Positions 25,165-39,888 are shown, counted from the stretch's first letter. The stretch is DNA of 60,000 nt from Lama guanicoe (GCA_013239625.1 MU053652.1:5633902-5693901); one strand, 5' to 3'. Notes: generated from the sequence alone by a model not told the origin. Translations and numbers: made by a program.

Positions 25165-28131
25165 TGATTGTATTTGGAGGCGACAGGTTGCGGAAATCAG
25201 AGCATCTCCAAGCGCTCTCTGATCTGTGCGGAAAAATTAGAACTCCTACAGATGCCTGACCCAGGTTTGTCCACTCTGGTGGGAATCTGGGCTTATTATA
25301 AATGATTTTGTTGTTCATGGTCTGTCAAGGTGACACTTTGGTGCTAATTTAGGAAATAGAGCTCCTGACTCAGGCGAACATTTTTTAAAGGTGTCTGTTT
25401 TGACAAGGGAGTTTGCTGGCACATTAGAGCCACTGTAAATTTGAATAAATGACATCCTATTTGATTGTTCTAGATGGAAGTTTACATTAGCAAGTCATTA
25501 AATGTAAAAAAAAAAGAGGCAGTGGAATTTAACATCCAGCACTAGAGAGATGAAGACTGGTAATCATTTTAAAACAATACTGAAGCAGCCTGCAAGGCTG
25601 TACGTAAGCGATATTCTTATTGTCATATTTGACTTTTGGCAGTTTTATTCTTACTTCAAACTCTGAAGCTTACGGGAGGTGAAGGGCAAGAAGTGAAAAC
25701 TTGGTTAGAATAGGAGGCTAATGAACCCCTTCCAGGATTTTTCAAGGTTCACATCCAAATCTCTGGAGGCATTTTACTACATGTATATTTAGCCATGAGG
25801 TTGTAAATCCATTCTACTATGTGGAAAAAACAGAAAAGAAAAAACAACTTAGGGCATAAACCTTATTGCTGATTGCTTAACAATATAACTTTGCAGATGA
25901 AAGGAGATATTTTACTGTTCTTTCACAATGACTTGTTCTTACTGAGAATTACTGAATAAAATTTGCATACTTTTCTATAATAGTAATAACAATGCTTTGT
26001 GGAAAAATTTAAGTACCCTTTGGCTGTTTTTGAGTAAGTTTGAACTTGCAGGAAATTATATTGATAATTTATTGTTTTTCTTGGAAGCTTCAACGCAGGA
26101 AAAGACCTTGGGAGTGATTTGGGCTTATCCCTAATTAGCAAAGACAAAGAGTCTAAAGTTATTGGAATAAGGTTTTCTCTTAAAAGACTTGAAGATGTCT
26201 GGGGTATATTCTTCTGCATATAACAGAGCATGAAAACTTATACACAATATTTAGGGTGTTTAACACGTGTTCCAGTGTTGTGCTGTTGCAGAAAATGTAG
26301 GAAAGACTACGTCTTCATGGACAGATTGGGTTAATTTATTTAAGGGACAATTATTCATTCCTGTTGTAAGTATCCATGATGCTGTAATCTTTGCCCTTGG
26401 GAATTTTAAATTATATCACGGTTGCTCTGAAAATAATTCAAAACATTCACTTGAACTTTAAGTGATGGTAAATTATATTACCTTCTCGGGTAAGAATCCC
26501 AAGTTTATCCTTAGGAGAAAATGCCCACTCCAAAGAAAACAACCGCTTCTGAAGGCAGGGTTAATGCATTATTTAAGCGGCTGATTTCAGGTCTCACCAG
26601 AGTGAAAATTCAACAAAAGAAGGAAACTATTTGAGTATGAACTGAAATGAGAAGTTTTCCGCACTGATCCTGTACATTCTCAACTATAGGACACATTCTG
26701 TGTGCATGAAACAGATTACTTTGAATAATTCAGTACAGGAATGATTTGCCAATTGTTGCAGAAGCTGATAAAATGCATTGTTCTAAAAGTTAAGTGAGAT
26801 CACAGTTTTAGTCGTCTCACTAAAAAAAAGGAAATACTTAGTTTTCACTTTTAAGGAGCATTGCTATACTTTGGTAACTGTCACATAAAAAGATTCAGAT
26901 GGTACCATTCACCATTGCTGTTTTTATCTTAGTCCTTAGGATGGGAAAAAATAATTTTAGTGCCTTGTGTCTGCCCCTGATTAGAGCAACACGTTTCTTC
27001 CATGTTGATCTGTGGGTTCTGTGACTTGATTGGCTGTCCATTCTATTTCAGTTCTTAGTTATCTGGGGAGTGGAGGAGAGCTGAACTGTCAATTAATATG
27101 CAGAATACTGAAAAGGCCAAATTAGTACCATACTAGAGTATGCCATGGAATATATTAAATATCAAAATCATCCCTCATTTTAATGACAAAGATTTTATCT
27201 AGAACAAAAATAGCTGAAAATTAAACCTTTTACATGACAATGATATTAATGGGAATGGCAAATGGTGGCAACTTAACCCATTCTGAAATGATCTGATGAC
27301 TCTAATGAAAATTCATTAGTTCTGTAATATTTGCTTCTTTTCCTACAACATTCATGACATCTCTGTCACCATGATAGTGTGTTTTAAAAAATCTTAGTAT
27401 CTTGACTGAGAAAGAGACATATAAATTCATTTTTTGGAGTGTCTGCCCATTAATAAAATTGTCTGTTTTCCCAACTCTTGTACATGTATGTCCCTGTACT
27501 CTGTTCAAAATTTCTCTCTTCAGCAACGTTGATTGTTAAGAAATTTCAGTGTAAATTGAGGCTTCCTATGTTTTATCTCTGATTAATTCTGACAGATCAT
27601 AATGGAATGATAGTGAAATGAACATCTGTTTAGTGATAAATTGCTTGTATGGTTTGATTAGAACATTTTTCATTTTAACAAAATCTGAGACTAGGAAAAG
27701 TGTCCTTCGGGAGTCTTGGAGAATGAAATTTATGAGTGAATGATGGTCATGAACACAGACATCAGTGATGTCTCTTCTCTAGTCATCAAGATCCTTCTCA
27801 GGGAGAAGGGGATAGGAGTTATTTGATGAAAAAAGACAAAGGACCTCTTGATATCCTAGCTATTACAGTCTCAGAGCCAGGTATCCTCGACTGTAGGACT
27901 GCTACTGGAGAAAGCAAAAAAATATTTGTGATCAGCAAATAGCACAGTTTGACTGGAGTATAGTTTGTGTAGTGAGGTCAGACAAAACTGAAAGTCTTGA
28001 CATGGACACGTAGTTTAGTATTTCACCTTAAAGGATTTTAATAATTTTATCTTTCATTTTCTAGACAATAGAGGAAACTACTGATAAGAGACGGATCTAC
28101 CAAGATGTGTATTTAAGACTGTGCTATTGAG

Positions 28132-28327
28132 GGGGAGGGTATAGCTCAGGAGTAGAGCACATGCTTACCATGCATGAGGTCCTGGGTTCCATCCCTAGTA
28201 CTTCCATTAAAAATAAATAAATATGCCTAATTACCTCCTCTCCCCAATAAATCAGTAAATAAAAAGAAACTGCCACTTTAAAAACTAAACAAATGAAAAC
28301 ATTTAAAAATAGAAATAGGAAAAAAAA
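28132..28327 (+). mobile_element. tRNA-derived camelid-type SINE (vic-1-like)
   Basis: ggggagggtatagctcaggagtagagc...cctgggttccatccctagtacttcc; 17-bp TSD aagactgtgcta(t/a)tgag at 28115-28131 and 28328-28344. Confidence 0.9.
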
Positions 28328-28734
28328 AAGACTGTGCTAATGAGAAATAGAAGATGGTGAGGCCGATTGAGAGGCCTTTGTAGTATCAGTCTTGAAACTC
28401 TGAACCTGGGCAATTGTGAAAATGCAAGTACCACAAATAGAAAAGAGACAGTTAAATGGAAAGGTTGGTTTGGGATGGGAAGTATGGTGGTTATAAACCT
28501 AATAAACTGTAAGTATTAGTACATTTCTTTGTGGAGAAGAGCATCAAAGAACATTGGCCTAGAGCCAAGACAGGAACTGAGTTGTGGATCTGAAGCTCAT
28601 CTTCACAAAATTGATAGTTTAGATAATTGAGGTGGGAAAGGTAATTACTAAGACAGAACATGTAGAGTAAGAATTAAAAGGGCAGAAGATATGCTCTTGG
28701 AGGAGAAGCTTTACTTATGTGTGGAATGGGATGG

Positions 28735-29500
28735 GATGACCAGCATTGGTGAAGATGTAGAGAAAAGGAAACTCTTGTACACAGTTGATGAGAGTGTAAA
28801 TTGGTGCAGTCATTATGGGAAATAGTGAGGTGTTTCCTCAAAAATTGAAACTAGAACTACCATATTCCACTTCTATATGTTCAAAGAAAATGAAATCAGC
28901 ATCTCAGAGAGATACCTGCACTCTCATGTTCGTTTCATTATTTACAATAGCCAAATTTGGAAACAAGCTAAGTGTCCATTGATAGATGCAGAAAATGGAA
29001 TATTATTCAGCCTTAAAAAAGAAGGAAATCCTGCCATTTGTGACAACATGGATAAACCTGGAAGACATTATGCTAAGTAAAATAAGCCAGACCAGAAAGG
29101 CAAATAATGCATGCTCTCATTTATGTGTGGAATCTAAAAAAGCCAAACTCATAAAAGCAGAGTGTGGAATGGTGATTTCCAGGGGCCAGTGTGGGTAGGA
29201 GAAATGGGAAGATATTGGCTCAAGGGAATACATTTTCAGTTGAACAGGATAAATAAATTCTGAAGATCTAATGTACAGAATGGTAACGATAGTCAATAAT
29301 ACTGTATACTTGAAATTTGCTAAGAGTTGATCTTGTGTTCTCACCATATACACACCCACGCAATAACTATGTGAGGTGATGGATATGTTAATTAGCTTGA
29401 TTGTAATCATTTCACAGAGTGTACGTGTATCAAAACATCATGTTGTACACCTTAAATATATATGATTTTTGTCAATTACACCTCAGTAAAGCTGCAAAAA
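28735..29500 (+). mobile_element. L1 (L1MA/MB-type) ORF2 end and 3' UTR
   Basis: ORF track EYYSALKKKEILPFVTTWINLEDIMLSKISQ is the L1 ORF2 C-terminus; 3' UTR ends tacacctcagtaaagctgcaaaaaa. Confidence 0.9.
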
Positions 29501-29784
29501 ATAACATTAGTATAAGTGAAAAGAAAGATGTGGGAATAATAGCCTAGATTTAGCGAGGGAAAGCTAAGAATATGGTGAAGTGTTCTCGTCTCTCAATGCA
29601 TTTGTGGCCATGGGAGGGCTCTCAGTCTTCTTTGAAGTTTCCCATGATGGGAGGTGGTAGGAGTTCTAGAGAAAATATTGAAAGATATTGAGCAATTTTC
29701 ATAAGAGAACAGGAACTTTGCCAGAGGGCACAGCTGAAAGTGTGGTGCTGTGGCAGAGAATCAAGGACTGTCCTTGAGAGAGGT

Positions 29785-30232
29785 TGTATTAGGGCTTCCA
29801 TAATAAAATATCACAAACGGATTGGCTAAAAACAGTGGGTCTTATTGTCTCACAGTTCTGGAGGCTGGGAATCTGAAATCAGGGTGTTGGCAGAGCCATG
29901 ATGCTTCTGAAACCTACCTATAGGGGAAAATCCTTTCTTGCCTCTTGTAGCCCTTGGTGTCTGCTGGTGATCACTGGTCTTCACTGGCTTGCAGATGCAT
30001 CAGTCCAACCTGGCTCCATTATCACATTGCTATCTCTTTGCTTGTTGTGTCTGTCTCTGTGTCTTCTCATAAGGATGCCAGTGATATTGGATTCAAAGCC
30101 CCACCCCACTCCAGTATGACCTCATCCTTACTAATTGTATCTGCAGTGACCACATTTCCACATAAGGTCACATTCTGAGGTACTGGGGTTAGGATTTCAG
30201 CGTACCTTTTTGAGGAAACACAATTTAATACC
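29785..30232. mobile_element. MaLR LTR (MLT1B/C-like)
   Basis: tgtattagggcttccataataaaatatcacaaac ... aaggtcacattctgaggtactggggttaggatttca. Confidence 0.85.
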
Positions 30233-32239
30233 TAGAAGTGGGAGTAGTAGTGAAGAAGGGTGTACATAGGGAGATAACTTCCAGTGACAGGGGTGGGAGA
30301 TAGACCAGGAGGACAACTGGTTATCAATAAAGATGAGAGGGGTGATAAGTAGACAGAATTTTGTTAACAGAGAAGCCCATGACATAAACGGTTCATAAGT
30401 TCCTTTTGAAGTGCTGCAGAATTTCACTCTCCCAAACCTGACTACTTGGGTCAATGAGGTGACCTAAGGATAATTCAGGGTTCCAGACTGGGGTGGGCGG
30501 TGGGATCGTAGTGTCTGGCTTTTCCAGGCTTCTAGAGGTAGTCAGGAGCTTCCCAGTAGAATTACAGTGTGCACTTCCTATACAGTGTGTACTGGCTGTT
30601 CAACCTCCCTCTTTGTGTAACTCCAAGATGTCATTCTTTTCAATGATAGCTGGGAAATTAAGGACATCTAGAGTGTCCTTTCTGGCCTAATTTATTTTTA
30701 TTTTCCCCTTTGTTCTCTTCTGGCTTGAGGGAAGAGAATAGCTCAGTTGTTGCTAGTTGTTAAGACTTACCCATCACCTATATGACACACCCTCGGTTGT
30801 TAGGACCACAGTCTTCTATTTCTGTCTTGTTTTAATGGTTTGATACGATGTTTTCATTGATATTGTAATAAGGAGGTGAATAATATATGCTCCTGTTTTT
30901 CTGTCATAAGCTCTGGAACTTGTAGCTTGTGACTCAGTAAATGACTTCCTTGAGACTTTAGACAGTTTCTTTCCTTTCTTTGTCTTATCTTATTATATTA
31001 TTTAAAAACAGAAGACAGGATAATAAATGTTAATGCTGCCACGATCATTATAAGGGGCAAAGAAGCTAAAGCTTTATCTTTGAAGATAAAAGGAATTTGT
31101 GACAGCATTATATCTTTTCACTGTGGATTTGCACAGTGTGGCAACACACCTCCTTTAATCAGTCATCATGTTTATGAATGGCTTATTGAAGATGACAGGC
31201 CTGCGAGTTGTCATCCCAGACATTACGGGGGGCAGAATAGACCTGATTCTGTCAAATCTTCTACCATACGTGACTTTTTTCTTCTAATTTGCAAATGCTG
31301 GAAGCTTCTGACTATTGTCTGACATGTGTTCAGAATCTTAAAATCTCAGCGTTGGAAGGGACCACAGAGGTCATTAGACTGGCACAATCTATTTGAAATG
31401 TTAATGCAACAAACCAATTTAATTAATTCATTTTTGTATATGTAAAATGACTGACACTCGCCAAAATGCTTGATGTAATTTATTTTTGGTGTGGGTCAAG
31501 CAATAAAGTAAGGGCCATTTCATTCGAACTATACAACTGAAAAGTGCTCACTGATCGTATTTTTAAGCTATCTCAGTACAGTTTTAAAAGAAAGCATTTT
31601 TTTTTCCTCTTGGGTTATAAACAAGAATCAAGTTTCTATTAACTGCAATGGATTCGCTTCAAGATTAAAACAAAGCATTTTCAATGACAGAAAGAAAAAA
31701 AATACATGAAGAGCAGCTTTTCCCCTCAGATGTTCATTGCTTTGGAAAAATGACTTCCAGCAGGCAAAACTCAATTTGACAAAAGTATTAATGTTGTAAA
31801 ATACTATGAATGAAAGGAAACATTTAAATTCAATTGAAATTCCTACTTTATATTCCTACAGCTGAGTTCCATTGATAACAGCACATTTCAGGTTGCAAAT
31901 CATATTTAATTAATATTAACACCAGGTAATTGGCAAGAATAACTTCAAAGGAGGGCTGAGGAAATTGCAAATTGGATCTGCAGGAGCAGCGATCCTGCAG
32001 AAGCTTTATAGGGATCTAAAGAAAGTGTGTATGATTTTGACAATTACTGCAGAACTTGATCAAATAGAGCATCATTTCAAAGCCATTCTTCACTCTGGCC
32101 TTTCTTAATATTTAGGGCTTAAGAACTGCTAAGAAGCAATAGTTGCTATTAATGTGAAATGGCACATAGCCTTCAATAAATGCTTTCAAACCTATAATTC
32201 TAATGCCAGGAGTTAAGTGTTTAGTAAGCAACGGCAGTT

Positions 32240-32400
32240 TGATGCAGTGGAACCTACCTTGGGGTCAAGAACTTGCTTAAATCCCTCTTTCTCCATGATG
32301 AGACTTTAAGATTAATTTCCTTGTCTATAAAATAGGGGCCTTCTGCTCGGTGATCATCATGTGATAAAACGCTTGTGAATGTTCTTCGTAAAGTGATATT
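32240..32400 (+). mobile_element. MIR SINE relic
   Basis: atttccttgtctataaaatagggg ... atgtgataaaacgcttgtgaa. Confidence 0.55.
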
Positions 32401-33219
32401 TGGTATCAGGTATTCCTAGTGGAAGGAATGGATATAATAATACATTTTTTTTTTCAGAGTGTGTGGCAAAGCTGTATGTTATTATAAAAGTTGTAGATGT
32501 ACTGCCTGGTGTGTAGGATGAATAGCCAGAGAAGGCTTTGCGTGATACATTAATTACCTTCAAACTTAGTCATATTCTGCCTGAAAGATCAGAGATTTTG
32601 AGTGGTTCCTGACCACCTACCCTCTCTGTTCTCTTTGCTAGTCCTCCACAACCACCATGGTTTGCATTCTACCCTGTCTTATTCTTGTCGTCCCTGGCCG
32701 TTGAATATTACTCATCGTGTCACCTGACAGTTGCGTTTGCTTGGGTCTGATTGTTCAGGTAGCAGAACCAGCTTGAGGTACTTGGCCTCATCCTTAGTGC
32801 TATGCTCCCATGAGTCCTTGAGCTTAACCCTGTGGAACCACCTGCCACTGTGATTGTAATGCCGATTTCTCTGCATACCTCTTCCACCAGAACGTGTTTT
32901 TCTCAGTGGAAAGACCCCAACACCCAACAGAGTGCCTGACGCATGACAGGTGCTTCATGGACTTCTGTTGAATGATCATTGTCACCAGATTCATGGTGGT
33001 ATTGGTGCTGTGAGCCTAGTGGTCAGATTTACTCAGGCTCTGGGAACTGAAGGGCAGAGATGTTCCCAACATGCATTTTCTTTGCTAATGTGTAACCTAT
33101 AGGGGAGCCTTTGGGGCTTCCATACTGTTGAGCCACTTAGAATTCAATTTTTCATTTCTGGCAAATACCAAAGCCAGTAATCTGTCGGTTCAGCCCACCC
33201 CGACCCCTCAGGCCAGTCA

Positions 33220-33420
33220 GTGCTAGTGGGTGGTTAAGAGCTTCTTACTGGCTGGCTTTGACTTCCCGATCTGTCATATCTTCACTACAAGACCTTGGGT
33301 AAATTACCTACTCTTGCTGTGCCCCAGATTCCTCATCTGTAGAATGGGGTAACAATCGTATAAGAATTGAATGAAATCATACATAACAATGTGTGGCTCA
33401 CAGTACAAGGTCAACAACCA
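33220..33420 (+). mobile_element. MIR SINE
   Basis: gaccttgggtaaattaccta...gccccagattcctcatctgtagaatggggtaaca. Confidence 0.8.
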
Positions 33421-34915
33421 CCATCTCGCATTGTGTTGGGAGCTCATCCTCACCGATGGGTGACCCAGGAATCATCTTATTGCCCTGAGCCTGCGTCTGG
33501 TTTGCTCAAGGAGCAAACAAGAAGGCAGAGTGAGGCCTAAATAAATGCTTAAGAAAAAGAAGCCAGTACTTCTCATTCCTGCAACTTCCTTTGTACTTGC
33601 TATCAGGGACCAGTCCGATTATTACTATTGTTTCTGAGCATGACTAATATACTACATAGAATAGTGTTGGCACCTCATTGAATGCATGAATTGATTAAAT
33701 GCCAGGCTCACCAAATATGCTTTTCCCTCTTCCTTTTGAACCTTCTGTATATTAACTGACTCAGCCGGTATCTATCTTGCACCCACCATGCATCAGGTCG
33801 TACTTGTTCTAGGCTTTCAGTGATGAATCATGGCCTCTGCTTCCTAGCAGAGGATACCGAGATGTAAACAAACATTTACAGATGAATGCGGTCATTGCCT
33901 TCACGGAGGCATCATTTAGAGGCATTGCCCAAGGACACAGAGCCCAAGAGGGGCTTCCTGCAGCTCATATGACAAAAAGACCTGGCCTAAGGCAGTGAAG
34001 GGTGACAGATTTTGGACCTCCAGCTCAAAGGGAGTGAAATTAATTTAAATAATTTCAACAGGGACAAAGTTTCCTGAGAAAAAGGGTCGGCACCAAAAAT
34101 TGAATTTAGAATATGATGCCAACTTCGGAATGTTGTGTGTATTTGTGATATATTTAATATGTGTAATATGTATATTTTGATAAGTCTTATTTCTTGATCT
34201 ATTGGTGGTTCCTCAGATGTATCTACTTGTAGACAATCAGCATCTGACTTCCTCTACAGCTTTAGCCTCTGCTCTGCCTGGTCACTGCCTCCTAGCATCA
34301 CCCATGCCCTTGGCAGCAGTTTCAATTTGTTCAGTTCCTGAGTCTGAACTGGGACCAATAGTTTGTCCCCAAGCTCGGTTTATAAGTTTCTGGGCTTTGG
34401 AATAATTTGCCATGATGGGCCCTGCACCTGGTGGTCCCCCGAGAAGCCCTGAGCCCCTTGCAAACTTACAGTGTTGCTCCACCCTGACTCACACTCGGGA
34501 TCCCTAGCCATGGGGCTCAGCCCCTGATGCTGGCCTCCTAGGTGTGAACCATGACACGCTGCCTGTTCCTTGTCGGCTCTTTCACCTGATCAGGTGGGGG
34601 TGTCTTGTCCTCTGCGTGCACTCACGCAGCTGTTGAGGTCTGACCATGCATGAAGCTATTGACCAGAGCCCTGTTTACTGGGCCTCCAGTGTGGGCTGGA
34701 GTCCTGACCCTGTCTAGCTGGTTGTCTTTATGTTTCTCAAATCCTTTTAGCATCCTATCCCAGGAATGAAGGAGTTCAGCCTCAGGTGATGGTTTGGGTT
34801 TCTCTCTCAGAGATTCCCCATCTAAATGCTTAGGAAGGGTCAGGATCTGTCACAGCAGCAGTGTGGTCTCTGTTTTGAGTTATTCTTTTCCTGCTACTTA
34901 ACTCTCACTGCAACG

Positions 34916-35428
34916 AAATTAGTCTCCTAGGGCTGCCATAACCAAGCACAAGAAACTGAGTGACTTAAATGACATTAATCGATGGTGTCCTGGTTCTAGA
35001 GGCTAGCAGCCCAATACTGAGGTGTCGGCAAGGTCAATTCCTTCTGAGGGCTGTCAGGGAGAACTGGTTCCAGGCTCTCCCCTAGCTTCTGGTAGCTGGC
35101 TGGCCATCTGTGGTGTTCCTTGGCATGTAGGAGCATGATCCTAGCCTCTGCCTTCATCTTCACAGGGCATTCTCCGTGTGTGTGTGTGTGTGTGTATCCA
35201 AATTTCTCCATTTATAAGGATAAGAGTCATATTGGACTAGGGTGGGCCTCTAATCCAATATGGCCTCCTATTAGATGACCTCATGTACGTATGGCCTCAT
35301 CTTAATTAATCATATCAGTAGTGACCCTTCATTAATTACATCCGCAATGAAAATAAGGTCACATTCTGAAGCACTGGGAGTTAGGACTTCAACATACGAA
35401 TTTTAGGGGGACACAATTCAGCCATAAC
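34916..35428. mobile_element. MaLR LTR (MLT1B/C-like) with internal (GT)10
   Basis: attagtctcctagggctgccataacc ... aaataaggtcacattctgaagcactgggagttaggacttcaacata ... ggggacacaattcagccataac. Confidence 0.85.
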
Positions 35429-37199
35429 GCCAAGCATAACTACTGGACTGAGCCCTGATTTATGGTGCTCTGTCTGAACTGAACCCACATTTGTCCCGGT
35501 CCTTTGGACGGGTTTTGGGCTGCGGACTCCCCAGCTTCTCCTGAGGGATCAGCCTCTGTAGCCAGGTTCGCCAGCCCTGTTTCCTCTTGTCCTTGCCGGC
35601 TGGTCTGCCTGCCTCACAGCCGAGTGCCCGCGTCACAACAGAGTGTGCTTCTCCTCCTGTGCTTAAGCCCCGAAGAAATTGTGTTCTTTTATTTCCCTTT
35701 GCAAAGTCATTTTCTTGTTACAGCTCTTCTGTTTGGAAACCCCAGCAAGATGAGAGCTTTAAGGTGCAATCCGTACTCCCCTGTGTTGATAGAAGAACGT
35801 AATATAAAAACATCTTTCTGCAGAAAAGAAGCAACCTCAGAATCCACTTCTGTCACTTTTTTTGTGGGTCCCAAAAGAGGTAGCCTGAGAATTAGGAGAG
35901 TGTTTCCTTGATATTCTTCATAAGTTATCAACAAAGCAATAATTATGGTTTCCTTGAAAATAAAGGGGTCGAGAATAGTGCCATCAGAAAGGTACAAGAT
36001 GAATTGTTTATTGAAATAGGTGCCAGTTATTGCAAGGGTCACGTCCCACGGCTAAACTGCACCGCACTGTCTTTATTCTGTAACACCTGCGCGTTTGACA
36101 GATCCCAGGCTCCCTTCTTTGCTTCTTTCAACGTTACCTGGTCAGAGCCAGTTCATGATTCACTGGGGGCCCCACAGGCGAAGGCAGGGGCAAGGAAAGT
36201 GAAACTCGAGTCAGCACATTTTGTTTCTTGTTAACAGCTCTGGGAAGAAGTTTGGTCGGGAAAGGAATTTTAAGTAATGATTTAAACACATCTTCTGGCA
36301 GTTCCACTAGTGAGAAAAAACAGAAAAAAACAGCCTCTTGTAGCATCTCAGATACACTTCAGTGGCAGTGGTACTCAGGGCCGTGTGACTCCGGGGCCAC
36401 ATTTGCATCATGAATCACGGCTGGCACCCACATAATGAGCTATTAAGGGAAGGAGAACTGTGCAGGGCACATTGTTAGCCTTTTGTTTTTCGTGTCATGG
36501 AGGGCAACCGCTGTGTTCCCCATCAAAATGGTGCTTGCTGTTACCGCCAGAAGGAATCCTACTTTGGCTGGAAATAGTCATGAGCATTGATGTGACATTT
36601 CATTCAAGAAATATTTGTGCACCTCTGTACATTGGGGCCCTATTCTAGGTTAGGGATATGGCGCTGGATGAGTCCATCCTGCCTCAGGCTATGGACAGGA
36701 ACTGAGCTTAAGTCCACAGTGGGAGATGCCTCGGACTGGGAGTCCATGAAAATGCTGAATCCACATGAACACCTTGATCCCTTGGGTGCTCTGGAGATGC
36801 CAGAGTTCAACTGAGGTGTCTATGACTTGCTTGGGGAAGGGACACATATCTGAAGGAAAAGTACTTTTGCCAGAAATTATCCCTACAGAGAGACAGACCT
36901 GGATGGAGGAAGCTCACCAGGCACAGGTGTTCAGGAGCAGCACCAGATGCAGGTGGGGCAAGCGCTCCATCTAGCCCTGTAGAGCACAGGTCAAGAGATT
37001 ATGGATCTGGGTGACATCCTGAACGTACTGCCATGTAGCAAAAGATGCTCTCATGCCACCTTTCAGCCTGGAATTCCTGCCCGCCCTCAGTGTAGGTTTT
37101 TCTGATCCTTTACATCCCAGATTATTTCTGGGAAGCCGTCTCTGATCTCTATTTCCTCTTCCTCTGAAACAAAACTAAGTTAGGTTTCTCTTCTGTGTG

Positions 37200-37595
37200 T
37201 TCTCACAAATAAAAACAAATCCAGACTTAGATTAGGAGAGACTTTATTCAGAATTAAGTTGATTGCAAAGGAGAGGACGCAAATTCAGAAATCCACAAGC
37301 ACCACAAAGTCAAAGAACAAAAGGCTTTTCTTTTATATGGTAGGCAGGGGTAAGCAACATCTTAACAGAAAGGGAAGTTTGGGTAGGCAAAGGGAAAATG
37401 ACCAGCCTAATAGGAAAGCGTGGTCAGCCGATTCCCAGAGGCAGCCACTAAGGGGAACATGGTCCATTTTTCAGTGTTTGCTCAGATTTGGGGGCAGACA
37501 GAGTTCAGGGGCATGCAGGAAGGAGGGAAGCCTGAGTAGACATCTGTCAAGACAAAGTAGAGGGTGAGAAGTGGGCAACTGTGGACCTTGGTCAG
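37200..37595. mobile_element. Probable ERV-type solo LTR
   Basis: ccagacttagattaggagagactttattcag ... ttttcttttatatggtaggcagggg: antisense AATAAA/TATA arrangement typical of LTRs. Confidence 0.45.
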
Positions 37596-37684
37596 TTTCC
37601 ATAGTACCACGCAGGTATCTCACCACTGTGGATTTTAATTACTTCTCTCTTTTCCTTCGGAGATGGAGAGTATATCTCACTTAT

Positions 37685-37952
37685 CTGAAGTTCAAGGAGG
37701 AGGTTGTTGGAACCCCCAATCTATAGCCAGTTGGTTAGAAGTACAGGTGATAACTTGGGCTTGCAATTGGCATTTGAAGCGTTGAGGGGGTGGTCTTGTA
37801 GGACTGAACCCTCAATTTGTGGAATCTGACACTCTCTGGGGAGAGAGTGTCAGGGTTGAATTGAACTGTAGGACACCCAGTTGGGTCCAGTGTCCTGAGA
37901 ATTGCTTGTTGGTGTGGGGAGTCCTCGGCTACCATTGGGATTGGTATCAGAA
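37685..37952 (+). mobile_element. MER21-like LTR fragment
   Basis: tatagccagttggttagaagtacaggtgataacttgggcttgcaattggcatttgaag ... ggtatcagaa. Confidence 0.7.
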
Positions 37953-38629
37953 CCCGTTTAGTCTTTGTGTAGTACAGTAGTTGCAAGGTCTAGAAGATGC
38001 TCTAAAAATGTTGTCGGGTGAGTGAATAAATGCACACACAGAGGGTGAATGAGTCCTGGTGATAGGACATCAGGAAGCAGTAGTTTGGAGGAGGAGGTAG
38101 TAGATGGACAGGCTGGCAGTCCCCATGAGACTATTCTGTGTGAACGAAGGTGGGACCCTGCCCAAGGTAAGGAGTCACAAATTACTTGCTGTTACTTGGG
38201 AGACGTGGGGTCTGAGAGGCATGACTGGGTCTACAATAGGATTTTATGTGGGAAGGAGAGAGTACCAAGAGGCCAGAGTTTGGGGCCAGGATTAGGCTGG
38301 GAAACAGAAGCAGTAGCTTAAGTAGGTGACAGCCAGTTTGATGCCCAGACTGCTAAACTTGATTCTGAGAACCAGAACCAGATGGTGGATCTACATTTCC
38401 GGTGAGGCAAAGCTGAGTTAAGGGCTAGAGCTCCCCTATGTCTGACAAATAGGGTGGATGCAAAGTCAGAAAGTAGGTAAATATGCTGAATGTATTGTTC
38501 CCCTTTCAACTGGCTTTGAGTCTCCCAGGCATATAAGTGTGTGATGTGATTCACGACTGCCAGAAGTCCTGAAGGTAGAGGGCTTCTGATATTCAGACTC
38601 CTGACTCCAGGCCCTGGGGAGTTGTTCAT

Positions 38630-39160
38630 TGATGACTCATTCGACAAATGATTGGTGTCAGCGTGAAGCTGGGCTGGGCTGTGCTGTGCTAGGGGCTGGA
38701 AATTCACAGCTCTGATCTCTAGCCTCAAGGGGCTTAGATTCTGGTGAGGAGACTAATTTAAAAAGAAACAAGTAAACAAGATAATCATTATAAATTCAAG
38801 CTAATGATTATAAATCGTGTTTTATTCAGAAAGAAACAATTGCGTATTGGTGATTTATTTGAGAGAGATCTCGGAAGCCAAAGTGGGTAGAACCCAGCAG
38901 GGAGGGGAGGATGGCAGCACAGAAGGTGAAAAGCCGTCAAAGGTGTGACTGACTAGTGTCAGAGGTCATGGCAGGACAGCCAGATTTTATTCTCAAGCAA
39001 TGGAGAGTCTTGGAAGGGTTTGGAGAGTGGCATGGTAGAATTCAGACTTTAAGGAAATTATGTGCAAAAACTGGATGATAGGGGCAAGATGGAACTGGAA
39101 TATGAGATAGAAATGTATTGCAGGCAAGGCCTGGGGTTGACTTGGATCAGGGTCAGGGGA
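38630..39160 (-). mobile_element. LINE-2 relic
   Basis: actcattcgacaaatgattgg ... agattttattctcaagcaatggagagtcttggaaggg. Confidence 0.65.
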
Positions 39161-39888
39161 AAAGTTGGGAGGTGTGTGAGTTGGTGTGGGCACAAATAGG
39201 ATCACAAATCCCAGACCTGGGAAAATGAGATGACTTGATGCTACGGGAATCTAAGCCATTGAAATAAAGCTCCTTTAAGATCTGTTGGCCAACAGCAGGT
39301 TGTGTCCTGGAGCCTTTAGATTGGAATGAGTGTGTCCCAAAAGACATACTCCCCTAAAAGATGCTTCAAGGGTGGGAGAAAAAGTGAATTATTTCCTGGC
39401 AAAATTTTGCTCCAATTAATGCTTCAGTGAAAAAGAGCTTAAAAGGTAAGTGTCCCCCAGGTTGTTGTTACTTTTTTTTTTTTTAACAAAATCCATTTTG
39501 AGATCTTTATTGCTATTTTTCCTGTATTCTAGGAGGACCTTAAATTTAGAGTTTTCTTGTTAATGGTTTTAAATATTTTCCTCTTAACTCACATTTCTCC
39601 TTGCTTTTATACTCTTGTGTTACTGATTCATTACTAAGGCTCATTAATCATTATACAGTTTTCTGAACATTTTTGTGCTTTCATAATACGATGGTGATTT
39701 TAGAAACAGTTCTAGGTCCACATAGTCAAGGGTCATAGAAATGGGTGATTTGACACTTTGGTCTCTAAAAATTAGGTTTAGTGTAGCTTTCATTTAAAGA
39801 ACATAAAATTATGATTTGACCTGATTACTTTTGATTTGTAAATTCCAACATGCACCATATTCTCTTAAGTGTGAATGTTTGCTTACCA

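Noticed and set aside
27768..27784. Palindrome agacatca-g-tgatgtct
   Set aside because: An 8-bp arm palindrome is expected by chance in 60 kb and has no supporting context.
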